Origin: the human T2T-CHM13v2.0 reference genome, Homo sapiens
NCBI RefSeq assembly: GCF_009914755.1
Contig: NC_060948.1
Length of the DNA: 64,000 nt
Strand: one strand, 5' to 3'
Under the pieces are notes generated by a model, which worked only from the letters and a program-made list of their open reading frames with translations, was not told the DNA's origin and made no database searches. Numbering within the stretch: position 1 is the first letter of the stretch; each line of letters opens with the position of its first letter. The translations under genes and the position numbers were made by a program. Positions 1 to 12,322 of the stretch are shown in pieces.

Positions 1-815
1 TCTTAAATCAGTTATCAAATGCAGATTTGTCTTTTCTCCAAGTTCAGTAGTTGGTCTTTATCTGAAAACTGAACGTTGTATATGGAAATGCTTTTTATTC
101 ATGGACAGCTTGAATTTAGCTGGATGTGTGACAGAGTGTATGAGGCAACTCTTGTGCCACTGTTGGCCATCCCTCCTCCTGGGGCTGTGAAACATGACCT
201 ATGGTGGTATAAGTTTATTAATGACACACAAATGAAGAGTAATTACTAGTAAGAATAATTCTAATACTATGTGGAATGGAAATAAAAAAGGTTAAGTCAT
301 TTTGAAAAGGATAAATAAGTAAATAAGAATGCATTGGAAATATGTTAGATTCTAATCTTTCATATCCAACATTATTGTCTTAGGAAATCATTTTCTTTCA
401 CCAAGAATACAATGTTAATTGCACAAAAATCATGTACATAGAAAAATTAGTTTCCCATTTTTCCAGGAAAAAATTTCAAGTATAAATTCTAGAATAGTCA
501 AGTATCTTATCTTAATTATAATTAAAGTCTTGGTCCTCTCATTTATTAGCTCTCTAATTTGCATGTGTAAATCAAAGAGACTTTTTAGACAACCATTACA
601 ATTTATAAATGTAAGGTTTCATTATTGAGAAAATATATTCCTCCATGAGTGGATATGTCCCATCTCCCACCAACTAATGACACAGGGCTATACATTTGTT
701 GAATCTTATTAGTAAGTAATACACTGCTACAAACACTAATTGTCTTCTCCATGTCCATGTTGATTTTGTGTATATGTGTGAATTGGTTAGCATGCATCTG
801 CCTTATCTCTAACAT

Positions 816-1388
816 TCAATAACAAGATGTGCCAGGCTTGGGCTTTTGGTGAAGGTTGACCATGCCTGTGTTCATCAAGTGATCTGACATATCCACAGTC
901 ACAAGAATTTTTTGAACCCCATCCTCAAAGGCTGCTGCCACATTTGTGGCATCTTTTGCACTTGTTGCAAAGTAAGGGTAGTCACTGTCCTTCCTGCATA
1001 ATGCAGCTGTTCTTCTATAAACACCTGCCTTTCGTTTATGCCAGTCCTGGAATGCAGAACTACAAAAGGAAATCGCTCAGGTTCTTTCCAATTACTTAAG
1101 TTCTGGAAGCTTCCTAAATCATTGATTCTAAAAATAAGCAGAGAACTGTCAGAACCTCTGTAAAATGGTGTCCTCAGGCTTCAGAATCTCTCCTGACCTG
1201 CCATGTCACAAATCTGTATGGTAACAAAATGTCCACCCCTTTCAAATCTTATTTTAAAATTCCACATCTATTGCATGGAACAGCTGAGTGCCAAACTTAA
1301 TAGTTACTTATCTGTTCCTAAGTGAACTCTTCCCAACCCCACCATCTCCAAAGAGAATTACTTTAAAAAGTGATGAATTTCCTGCCAC
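816..1388 (-). pseudogene. RAB9A: RAB9A pseudogene (unprocessed copy of the single coding exon)
   Basis: Minus strand reads VAGNSSLFKVILFGDGGVGKSSL...DYPYFATSAKDATNVAAAFEDGVQ...VNLHQKPKPGTSCY*, matching RAB9A (MAGKSSLFKVILLGDGGVGKSSL...DYPYFETSAKDATNVAAAFEEAV...NLHRKPKPSSSCC). ATG>GTG, TAA at codon 27 (1308-1310) and further disruptions. A splice acceptor (ttttattttcaag|ggttc) lies upstream near 1415. Confidence 0.93.
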
Positions 1389-1487
1389 TGTTAATTGCAA
1401 GAGCTTCAAGAACCCTTGAAAATAAAAAGGCACCATAACATTCCTTTTTGCCTACCTATTCATCTATATGAGTGTATGAATATCAGC

Positions 1488-1797
1488 TTTATTTATTTTT
1501 CTTTTTTTTTTTTTTTGAGATGGAGTCTCACTCTGTTACCCAGGCTGGAGTGCAGTGGCATTATCTGGCTCACTGCAAGCTCTGCCTCCCAGGTTCACAC
1601 TATTCTCCTGCCTCAGCCTTCTGATTAGCTGGGACAACAGGAACCTGCCACCACAACTGGCTAATTTTTTTGTATTTTTATCAGAGACGGGGTTTCACAG
1701 TGTTAGCCAGGATGGTCTTGATTTCCTGACCTCGTGATCCACCCGCCTCAGCCTCCCAAAGTGCTGGGATTACAGGCGTGAGTCACCATGCCTGGCC
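1488..1797 (-). mobile_element. AluY-like SINE with TSD
   Basis: Poly-T then reverse Alu body with AluY-type motifs (gcaagctctgcctcc, tgttagccaggatgg). TSD gaatatcagc at 1478-1487 and 1798-1807. Confidence 0.92.
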
Positions 1798-2222
1798 GAA
1801 TATCAGCATTTAACTGAAGTAACACACATAAACCTACAGAATAACTAAAAATAAGACTTGTTGTTTACTGAGCATACAGCCATGTGTGGGCTACTATACT
1901 ACCATGATTCTCTGAAACAACTAAAAAGGGCTCACTCTTCCCCTTTATCAGGTCACAATTGACTGTGAAGCTGGTACTTTAGCTGAAATGTGACATCAAA
2001 GCTCTTGTTATGAACAGTGAATCTATGATAAGCCCCTCTCTGCTCATAGTAAGCTCCACTACTGTTGGTTAGAGATGGATAAGAGAGCAAAGATTGTATG
2101 TTTCTGATACAGCAAGATTTATACCTTAGGGAGTATGTTTATGACAAAGGTAATGGAGGTTAGTGTTGAGAGAGCAAGAAACTTTATAGTTATATCTGAG
2201 CCAAAAAGAAGAGCCATGTTTA

Positions 2223-2526
2223 AGCTAGGCACGTTGGTTCATGCCTGTAATCCCAGCACTTTGGGAGGCCAAGGTGGGCAGATCATGAGATCAGGAGCTT
2301 GAGACCAACATGAAAAACAGGCTGAAACCCTGTTCTACTAAAAATACAAAAATTAGCCAGGGGTGGTGGTGTGTGCCTGTAATATCAGCTACGCAGGAGG
2401 CTGAGGCAGGAGAATCCCTTGAATCCGAGAGGAGGAGGTTGCAGTGAGCTGAGATTGCACACATGCACCCCAGCTTGGATGACAGGGCAAGCAAGACTCC
2501 ATCTCAAACAAACAAACAAGCAAACC
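2223..2526 (+). mobile_element. Alu (AluS-like)
   Basis: gcctgtaatcccagcactttgggaggcc...gactccatctc followed by an (AAAC)n tail. Confidence 0.9.
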
Positions 2527-3935
2527 AAGTAGGTTTCGTCTTTTCACATAGGCCTGTATTTCTTGGACATGTTGTTTGTTCCTTTTCATTCCTTTTCTCT
2601 GACATTTTCTTTATGCTTTATTTCAAAAAGTTGATCTTCAGTCTTTGATATCTTTCTTCCACTTGATCAATTTGGCAAGTGATAATTGTGTATCTTTCCG
2701 CAGTCTTTTTGCTGTGTTTTTGATTTATGTTTTTCTCTAAACTGGTTATTCCAGTTATCAATTTCCCTGACCTTTTTTTGAGGTTCTTAGCTTCCTGGCA
2801 TTGGGTTAGAACATTCTCCTCTTCTCAGAAGAGTTTTTATTACCCACATTCTGAAGCCTACTTCTGTCTATTCCTAAAACACATTTTCTATTCAGTTTTG
2901 TTTTCTTGCTGATGAGGAGTTGTGATCCTTTGGAGGAGAAGAGACTTTCTTGTTTTTGGAATTTTCAGCCATTTTGTGCTTTTTTTTTACATCTTCGTGC
3001 ATTTATGTACCTTTGTTCTTTGATGTTGGTTACTTTTGAATAGTTTTTTATGTGTGCGTGTGTGGAAATCCTTTTAGTAGATGTTGATACTGTGCCTTTC
3101 TGTTATGAGTTTTCCTTCTAACAGTCAGGCTTCTCTGCTGCAGGTGTGCTGGACTTTGCTGGAGGTCCACTTCTGACCATTTTTGCCTGTGTTTCACTAT
3201 CAGAGGGTGCAGAAAAGCAAAGATTGCTGCCTATTCCTTCCTCTGAAAGTTTCCTCCCACAGGGGCACCTGCCAGGTGCCAGCCAGAGCACTCCTGTATG
3301 AAGTGTCTGTGGATCCCTGCAGGGAGGAGTCTCCCAGTCAAGAGGCATGGGCTTCATGGACCCACTTGAGGAAGTAAGTAGTCTGTTGGAAATCTGCACC
3401 TCTCTTCAGAGCCAGCAGGTAGGAAGGTTTAAGTCTGCTGAAGCTGTGCCTACAGCCACCCTATCCCCCAGGTGCTCTGTTTCAGGGAGATGGGAGTTGT
3501 ATCTACAAACCCCTTACTGGGGCTGCTGCCATTCATTCAGAGATGCCCTGACCAGAGAGGAGGAATCTAGGGAGGCAATCTGGCTACAGTAGCTTTGCTG
3601 AGGTGCAGTGACTTCCCAGTGGCTTTGTTTACACTCTGAAGGGAAAACCACCTACTCAAGCCTCAGTACTATTTGACGTCCCTGTCGCCACCAATCTCAA
3701 GCACTTCAGGTTGACTTAAGACTACTGTGCTGGCAGCAAGAATTTCAAGGCAGTAGATTTTAGCTTGCTGGGCTCCATGAGGAAGGCATCCGCTGTGCTA
3801 GACCTCTTGGCTCCCTGGATTCACCTCCCTTTCAAGGGAGTGAATGGTTCTGTCTTCCTGGCATTACAGGTGTCAAGGGGGTATGAAAAAAAAATAATTT
3901 TTCAAGCTAGCTCTGTGTCTGGCCAAACCAGTTTT
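2527..3935 (-). mobile_element. Older L1PA 5'UTR + partial ORF1 fragment
   Basis: Reverse-strand L1 ORF1/5'UTR motifs (ggtttcgtcttttcacatag, ttgtgatcctttggaggagaagag, ctaacagtcagg, gtttaagtctgctgaagctg). Confidence 0.8.
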
Positions 3936-4189
3936 ATACAGCTTGCATGAAAATTTATGTTTAGCACCTTCAATTATGTATTATAATGTAACTTTTAGCA
4001 ATTTTTAAATTTAATGTAAAACCTGTTATTTCTTGTTTTTTTTGTTTTTCCTGTAAATGGCAGTAACATTAAACCTTTTCCATGGGTACAAGTGGATGAT
4101 ATATTCTTTTCCATGGGTACAAGTGAATGATATATTTGTTCATTCACATATTTAACTATTAGAATTTCTGGGAAGCTGGATTTGCTATA

Positions 4190-4820
4190 AAGCTACTTTG
4201 AAAAAGATCTGTTTTCTTCTAGATGTCCCCAGACAATAGACAGAAACCCTGAATCCTCTTTCTGAAAGAGGACAGTTATGCTGAGAAAGCACTGTGTGTC
4301 CCCAAGATTTCCTCTAGCTTAGTCCCAATGGTCTTTCAAGGAAATGGACAGCAGGCCAGACTTTCTCCAGTACAAGGAGAAAGCCAGGAAGAGGTAGATC
4401 TTACCAGATGGCTGAATTAGTGTTGTTTGTTGGATGTTCCAGTTGGAATTGGCAAATGGTCTCCCAGACTGGAGCCACATGAGGAAGAGAGAGTAAGATA
4501 ATGAGAGAGATGGAGAGAGAGAGAGAAGAGGAAAGAGGGAGCCAGTGTTAGGAAGTGAAATAACTATTGTTGGTGCTCAAAGGTGGATTCCTGAGACTTG
4601 AGGGTTTTAGAGCCCTGAACTGAGCCTTGCAGTTCCCTTCAGGTCAGTTGTCCTTCTCACACAAATCTCTTTAAGAGTAAAATGAGAGAAAAGATGGGGC
4701 ATGTGGCCAGAGACTCTCAGGATCCACGAGTTAACTTAGGGTAAACTGCCATTGCCCACAGCTTACTGGGATGCAAGGGAGCCTCTGCCCCCAACACCGG
4801 TCCCGGATTTCAGCACCCAA
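4190..4820 (-). mobile_element. ERV1 (HERV-F/HERVFH19-like) internal leader with tRNA-Phe-type PBS
   Basis: Immediately after the LTR end the minus strand reads ttgggtgctgaaatccggga, close to PBS-Phe TGGTGCCGAAACCCGGGA. Distal boundary approximate. Confidence 0.6.
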
Positions 4821-5253
4821 TGTAAGAAGTAAAGAAAGAGGAGAGAAACCTGAATGGTGACTTGACAGTCAACACAGACAGGTTTATTTTGAATCAGTCT
4901 GAGAGGGGTGGCTAGCCAGGTTAAGTCAGAGCCACACACTAACGGATTAAGAATTTTTCACAATTCAGTCTCGGAGAGTTTATCAGAGGCTTGCACTGCC
5001 TCTGTGTCTCTTTGCTGTGGTTATCTGAGAGAGAGAGTTCCTTTTCTGTTTTTGTACATCTTTCTGGAGTTGCAGGCATATCCCCCATGTCTGCTTCTAG
5101 CTTCCTTATCTTAGTGCACCTGAAGGGAAAGGAATGTGCTGGTTATTTGTAGTTAGGAGAGAAGTGATTTCCTTGAAATGCATGAGGCTAAAAAGAGAGC
5201 TGGATGTTAAAGTGATGGTGTTGGTTCAGGATGAAGGTGCTCCTGCTCTATCA
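4821..5253 (-). mobile_element. LTR19-like 5' LTR
   Basis: Minus strand begins tgatagagcaggagcacc...gcctcatgcatttcaaggaaatcacttctc and ends cttaca (TG...CA). Family assignment by recalled consensus. Confidence 0.72.
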
Positions 5254-5880
5254 CTTCTAGTCAGGTAATTGTACAGCTATTATTTTTGTTTTGCTTTTTG
5301 GAGTAATTAAATACTTACAAGTAAATTCTGTTGTCTGCAAATTCAAATCAGCAAACTTATATGACTCTAATTGATGTATTTTCCATACACAAATGCATGC
5401 TTACAATACATTACAACACCTGTGAGTTCTAAAAATTATTTTATGCTAATGAATACTGATTTCTGCACTCTCTGAAAAACAAGATTAAGTGATTTTGTGT
5501 ATTGAATATACACAGTTACTTAGGAAATCCCTGAGGTTTATATTTTTTAAAATGTCCTTTTCTAATGGTTAAATTGAAATATATTTTAGTAAAAAAAACC
5601 TGTAACATAAAATTAAAATTAGTGACAATGTAAATAACTGCATGGCTTAAATTATTCTTTTGAAGTTGTGGAAGTGTTGTTGTTTTTGTTTTAATTATAA
5701 CAGCATACAACATCTGCAATAAAATTTACCACAGCTCTTCATTTTTTCTCTCAAAGAGGAATTGTATTTAATAATTTTCTTTGTGAGATGTTTGCTGTTT
5801 ATGAGAACAGGACTCATTATTCAAATAGAAGTTGTTTTTAAATCTTGATTCTATTACACCAATGAATAATTGCTTTTCAG

Positions 5881-6010
5881 AGAAATGTAACAACTTTAGC
5901 AAGAGTGGTCAGTTACTAAGAGCAGTATTTGATCTCCTGAGAAGAAAAGATTCAGAGCATAGGGTTTATATTTACAGAAATATATTTGTTTGTAATGTAT
6001 GCAAGCTCAG
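5881..6010 (+). pseudogene. USP9Y: USP9Y/USP9X-like pseudo-exon (C-terminal region)
   Basis: CNNFSKSGQLLRAVFDLLRRKDSEHR...FVMYASS vs USP9 [26 protein letters not shown]...LFVMYANL. Flanked by ttttcag and gtaag. Confidence 0.8.
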
Positions 6011-6290
6011 GTAAGATATTTTCATAATTTTATATCAATGATGTTTTTATTTTTATATATTAAATGAGAAGCACATTTTAATCAAGTTATAACATGTAAA
6101 GTGTCCTAATGTACAAGCAATATTCCACGTACATATACACATATACACATCAAAATGCCTTGCAAATCTGTGTAACTTTAATGTATTTCATGTATTCTCA
6201 GGTAATTTATATTTATGCACTTGTTTCATTTTTCTGGTAACCTTTAAGATTAGATATTGTGCCTGATTGATGACCTCTTGATGTTATCTT

Positions 6291-6492
6291 TTTCTTTTGT
6301 ATTTTTTTTTTTTTGAGATGGAGTCTAACTCTCTGGCCAGGCTGGAGTGCAGGGGCATGATCTCATTTCACTGCAACCTGCCTGACCAATATACATATAT
6401 ATATACATGTATATATATACACATTTATATATATGTATATATATACACATTTATATATATGTATATATATACACATTTATATATGTGTGTAT

Positions 6493-6526
<34 letters not shown>

Positions 6527-6665
6527 GTATAACTTTTTTCATACTTTGGTACAGACAGGGATTCACCATGTTAACCAAGATGGTCTCGATCTCCTGACCT
6601 TGTGATCCGCACACCTCGCCCTCCCAAAGTACTGTGATTACAGACTTGGGTCACTGTGCCGAGCC
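6291..6665 (-). mobile_element. Alu with internal (TA)n/(CA)n microsatellite
   Basis: Alu right-arm end and left arm separated by about 140 bp of TA/CA repeats. TSD gatgttatct at 6281-6290 and 6666-6675. Confidence 0.88.
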
Positions 6666-8857
6666 GATGTTATCTCTTAATGTTGCTTTTTGAAAAGTAC
6701 TGGCTTCCAGGTCATATCCACACTATCTAAATCAGAATTTCTAGAACCTTGAAAAGGAATCCATATCCTTAAGGGATCCCAAGTGGTTGTTTTGCTTGTC
6801 AGGTTTAAAAATGACTTCTATGTGAAACTTACCATATATGTATGTTTTTGTTAAAATAAAGTAAAAGAAATTTAGTGATAATGTAAATAAATAATTCACT
6901 TAAATTTTTTGTTGATGTTAGCATAAATTAAGAAATGCGATATTCAGTAAAGCTCTCTTAGAGAAGCCTGATTTTTGTCACATCAACCTATTGCACAGTA
7001 GTACTAAAGGCATGGATAGATTGTCAGAAATGTACAACAAAAATATTTGTAGTGTTTTCAGTGTTATTTTATGTCATTTTTATGAGTGAAAAGAAGGGGA
7101 AATTTATTACAGATGCTGTTGTCCAATTTGAATATCAGCAATTCAGGTGTTAGTGCAACTTTTCAAAAATTACTAATTTATGGATATAGCTAGAATTTAA
7201 TTACTAGTTAATATCTCCCTGATATTGATAAATATTAGGTCACATTTATATGATGACTCAGACAATTAGCAGATCATTTTAAGTAACTTGTTAGAATCAC
7301 AAATATTTTACTATCTAAAACTAAGTTCTATGGTCACACATTCCTGTAATGAAAGTGTATTTTTATTATTAATATATACCTCCAGGAGGAAATAAATTTT
7401 ACCCTTTCCTCTTCCTGCTCTGACCATCTCTGTGCTTTCTTTTTCTCAGGCTAGTCTGACTACATCTGAGATTCTGGGATACTTCTAGTAGAGTAGAAGC
7501 ATACATTATAGAAACACAAATACAATATTTATTTTAAATTTAAAATTATGAAACTTAAGAACTCACAAAATTTTTGTTTTGCTCAATTTAACTTGAGATT
7601 TTAGTTTCTCATACACAACACATGGTTGGTTTATGATATAACGTAAGTTTAAATTTAATTGCCAAGGTTCAATATACATTTATACATCTTAAGGCATTTA
7701 GGTAGTATGTTTTAGGTTTTAGGAATTTTTGGATTTGAGAAAACTGAGTCATCACATTTGCATCACATTGTGTATCATTCCCTGTAAGGCTCCCAAAAGT
7801 ACCCAAGAATTAAACATACTAATGCTTCTATAAAAGTAATGGATATTCCCTTTAAGGGTGAAGGGTACATGAATGAAGGCTTAAGTAGCTTCCCTCAATT
7901 AAGTCTTTTTTGCATTGGAAATTGAGTTACATATGAATCTTAGTTTTAAAAGCCTTGCTTAATTGAGCTTTTTGCATTTCAGATAAAGTATTTTGAATCT
8001 GTCTTAATTATGATTTTGAAAATACAGTACTGAATTAACAGCCCAGGTGGGCTACAAAGCACCATAATAAACAAGAGAAATACAAAGTGCTCTCCTGCCT
8101 ACTATAGGGAGTATGTGACAGATTTGAAGAGTAAAAAGCATCTTGCAGTAGAAAAGGGTTACTTTGTTAAGCTTTTTTTTTAAGTAGCTAATGGGTACAG
8201 ACTTAGTATTGACATAACTTGGCTTTTTAGCAATCATGTGAGATATTCAGTGTAACATGATAAACCACTAGAGGATCACAAAAGGCATATATTAGTAGCA
8301 TGTCATTAGCTATAAAATAGAAAGTTCCACAATAGACCACAGTAAGGAAGTATTCAAAATTATCTGTAGAAAAAGATTGTGGGTGCTCCATAATAGAAAA
8401 ACTAGCAATGTAGAACATATGTGTAGACAAATTTATGAGCTCTTTATGAGTTAGGATAGCCAGGTGTTCGTAATTGGAGATTTGAGGAAGTGGAGCAGGA
8501 AAGAGATGTTAACACCTATGTCCTGGGTGTGATTTGATAAGCTGTGGGAATAGTAATGCAATTTACTGATAGAAAAAATAGAACCTCTTTGAGTGGATTG
8601 CATTTTAGAAACATATGGGACACCAAATAAAAAATTGTAATGGGGAGTTGGATACATATGTCCACAATTTGGAATCATCTAAAAGGATACGTGTGTTACC
8701 ACAGATGTAATAATGAAAAACTGTCACAGAAAGGTATGTCCTAGAATGGAATTTTTTTTAATTTAGTGTTATCATGGTAGATAATATTAACTTATCCAAA
8801 AAGCAATCCATAGCCTCTAAGTAGTTAGTTTAATTAGTATGTCAGAGAAGACTTTTA

Positions 8858-8894
<37 letters not shown>

Positions 8895-9112
8895 GATGAT
8901 GTGTGTGTGTGAGAAGGAGTCTCACTCTCTCACTCAGGCTGGAGTGCAGGAGCAGAATCTCAGCTCACTGAAACCTCCACCTCCTGGGTTCAAGCAATTC
9001 TCTGCATCAGCCTCCTGAGTAGCTAGGATTACAAGCGCCCACCACCACGCCTAGGTAATTTTTTTATATTTAGAAGAGATGGGGTTTCACAATCTTGGCC
9101 AGACTGGTTTTG
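8858..9112 (-). mobile_element. 5'-truncated Alu with (TAT)n/(TG)n tail
   Basis: (att)n and (gt)n followed by ggagtctcactct...ggggtttcac. Confidence 0.85.
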
Positions 9113-10627
9113 AGAAAAATGATAATTTTAAAGAACTGTGCTTATTCTAAAAACTGATCTTTAGCATTATTCTAGAACTCTTAGTTGTATCATCTGCAGT
9201 AAAAGAAGCCTAAGAATTGCACCAGAATTAGTTGCCCAACTCTACCAGGAGATTCAAAGTTTTATTGTTATAGGATTCTAGAAACAAATCATACTATATA
9301 TCTGGAAACTCTGTACACACACCCCCACAAACACACAAAATTTTCACTCAGTAGACATTATAATAAGCACACTGAAAAACTGATAATAAACTGAAGTTAT
9401 TATAAAGCTGTAGAACACAATGATTAAAGGCAGATGATCACCTTAAATTGTAAACAACTGAAATATTAGATTTTAACAATGAAAATTTTCTAATTCTTCT
9501 TTTGTCCACCATCATAGATTTCAAGCAGATTAATTAATGTTGTAAATGACATTAAGAGTTCCTATCAATTGAATTTAATTTATGCCATTTTAAAAATTAT
9601 TTGTAGTCATATATTGTTTACTATGTAACTTCTTTTATTTTCTCTAAAATAAGGCTAAATCACATCTTAGCCTCATCTCATCGAAGGATGTGATTACCGT
9701 AAAGGTATACATGTTGGGTTAACATGGAAAATCAATTACCTGGATTAATATGGGATTCATGTATTAATTTATTATTCTCCTTATTAAGTTTGAAATGGTT
9801 TGTGTAATGAACATTTAGTCTATTCAACAGGCAGTATTCAACAGGTATATATCAGCATCTACTGTGTACCAAGCACCGTTCAAGGCAGTAGATAACAATA
9901 CAGGCAAAGATAATATTAATCCAAATTGCACATGAAAACTTTTGATACTATTGATAATGTGGCAAATGACGTGATTTTCCCTTTATTATAATTTTTAAGA
10001 GAATAAGATAGTGAAATGTGTACTATAAGTGTAACAGGAAGCCTATTTGTGTTATTCTTTACATTAAATAATTAGATTACTAAAATTACCTTTTCCAAAG
10101 AAATTTATATTATAAATGCTCCTATGGCAAAAAGAAAAAACCTGGCCTCTGACTTGGAATATAATATAATTATATTAAGTAAGATACATGCTAGAGAGAA
10201 AAAAACTATTTTATTTTTTTGTCATGGTAATGAGAAAAAAGACAAGCCATTTTTTTGCAACTTTTAAAATTGACTCCTAAGAACAGTAAACAGTAAGCAG
10301 TATAACAGTAGACAGTAAACAGTAAACACCAAGCAGTGTAAATATGTTGCATTTTAGCCAGCTCTGAAAGAAAATGACTGATCATTAGCAAATCAGGCAA
10401 ATTTTATTGTTGCCATTGAAAATTGCTTTACCCATCGTGTGTGTTCTTATATTAACAGAATTGAAATCAATTTTGTACTGCCAATTAATATTGCTGTTTT
10501 ATAATCACAGGATTCTTGCTTTACCTTCTAAAATGTCCCTGAAAAATGAGTGAACACCAAGTAAGTTTTGTTTTTCTTAAAAAAGGTAGTCATAAAAAAC
10601 TGCTCATATTTAGTAAAAATAATGAGG

Positions 10628-10790
10628 TGAGTTGGACATGGTGGTGCATTTCTCTAATCCAAAGTAGTTGGAAGGCTGAGGCAGGAATATTCCTTGAACA
10701 TTGGAGTGTGAGGCCTCATTGAGCTATGAGCTATAATCTTCTCACTGTAGTCCAGCCTGTGCCACAGAGCATAATCCTAAGTATAGAATA
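10628..10790 (+). mobile_element. Degenerate Alu monomer (FLAM/FRAM-like)
   Basis: catggtggtgc...ggctgaggcagga...cactgtagtccagcctg. Confidence 0.6.
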
Positions 10791-11156
10791 ACAAATGGAA
10801 CTATGAAAAGTAATATAGCATTACTGTGTTTAATTCACTTATAGTAATGCATGGATAGTATATTTAGCAAAACATTTTAAATTGGTAATATGTCAAGAGG
10901 TCAGATATTTGAGTCAGATTGCTAGCTAGCCCCTCAACTGGCTAAATCTGTAATAACTGGCAAAGTATTTCTCCTAACTGTAATTTTTTTATTTGTTAAA
11001 TGGATTTACTAAGGTTACCCGCTTAAGAAACTAACTCTAATATTAATTAGATTACCTCAAACACTTGTTCTGAATGGCACATAATAGGCAATAAAATATT
11101 AGCTACTACTATATATAATAAATTCTTTTCATCTGCTTATTTTTAAAGCTCTTAGA

Positions 11157-11305
11157 CCACATAATAAAATTCCAGAAGGCTGGGAAAGGCTGTTAGATAC
11201 AATAGGGTGCCATAAGAGTCACTATCAAAAATGAGCATATCAGTGCATAAAATGTATGGTAGCTTTATTTAGCAGTTATTCCATTGTTTACCATAGTGTT
11301 TTTTC
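11157..11305 (+). pseudogene. USP9Y: USP9Y-like pseudo-exon
   Basis: [42 protein letters not shown] vs USP9 [44 protein letters not shown]. Boundaries approximate. Confidence 0.85.
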
Positions 11306-11447
11306 TTACAATTTTGTAGAAGCCTGTGTCAGAATTTGAACTTTTTTAGAAGACAGTAATCATGGATGATTGAAATTAACATTTTAATCTGATACTGGAA
11401 ATTATTCTAAATTCTATTACATTTATATTTGTATTTTCTTTTGAAAG

Positions 11448-11848
11448 CTAACGGAAATCTTAAAAAGAAAATGGAAACTTCTCTGCCAGGGGAGATACCA
11501 TGATCACAAAGGTGGCTTTCTCAGGGAAAGGCTGATTTATTGCACTCCAGATGTGCTGACCCCTGAGATTTCTCCAAATGTGGGAAACTCAGCTGCATAA
11601 TTTGTGGAAGCGAAGGACTGTGTTTGTGCTTTCATGTGGAAAAAAAATAAAAAAAAAGAAAATTGACTCGTTTAGTGTATATAGAAAGGTGAAAGAAGGC
11701 CATATACTGGAAACAATTCAGTATGTCTACAGAAATTGGTCTCCTCCAGTACAAAACAATAAAACAGCAAGTGGTTATTTCTTAGAAAGATCAAATAGTG
11801 TTAGGATGACATTTGCAAATGCTTGAGAACTTTGTCTAGATAAGGGGG
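11448..11848 (+). pseudogene. USP9Y: USP9Y-like pseudo-exon interrupted by a U1 retrocopy
   Basis: 5' part aacggaaatcttaaaaagaaaatgg resembles NGDLKRKW. 3' part ERRPYTG...[37 protein letters not shown] vs USP9 [48 protein letters not shown]. Confidence 0.9.
11475..11638 (+). pseudogene. RNU1: U1 snRNA processed pseudogene (RNU1-type), full length
   Basis: Colinear over 164 nt with U1 (caggggagataccatgatcac...attgcactcc...gatgtgctgacccctg...aaatgtgggaaactc...cataatttgtgg Sm site). Followed by an A-tail and TSD. The 5' splice-site-pairing end is mutated. Confidence 0.95.
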
Positions 11849-12226
11849 TGGGGGGAAGCCTCCACAGGGCAGCATATAAATCTGGGAAAAAGACAAGTAA
11901 TTTTTAAATGTGTAAGCCAATGTTTATGTATTAATCTTGCCCTGAAAATATTTATTTTGTTAAATGATTAACATTGGTTTGTTTGTTCTTAAAAAGTAAG
12001 TTTCCTTTTGGAAACAACTTGTGTGAAATGGTCTAAAAATGATGTAGCTAAAATAATTCAGATTTTTCCCCTCTATTATAAATCATTTGCAGGAATTGTA
12101 AATATGTTATAGATGTCAGCTTTCTTACATTTCTTAAAAGTTTATTCTAAATGAAGAAAATATAATATAAGGTACAAAGTTACTTTTATAATCAAATTGT
12201 CAATCTTGTTAAATATTTAGAATTTC

Positions 12227-12322
12227 GAGCCAGATGACCAAGATGTCTTAGATGGGCATAAGACCTGTCCAACAGAAGATGCTCCATTATTTCCTCATTC
12301 AACAGGCTCTATGTATCAACAG
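12227..12322 (+). pseudogene. USP9Y: USP9Y-like penultimate pseudo-exon
   Basis: [32 protein letters not shown]|gta vs USP9 [32 protein letters not shown]. Confidence 0.9.

Noticed and set aside
6297-6605. Alu-derived ORFs (also 1395, 27114, 33497, 39509 and others)
   Set aside because: Typical antisense-Alu or microsatellite translations.
10302-10330. Short ACAGTAA-type repeats (and similar near 16810-16850) as CRISPR-like arrays
   Set aside because: Simple tandem duplications with no unique spacers, in eukaryotic DNA.
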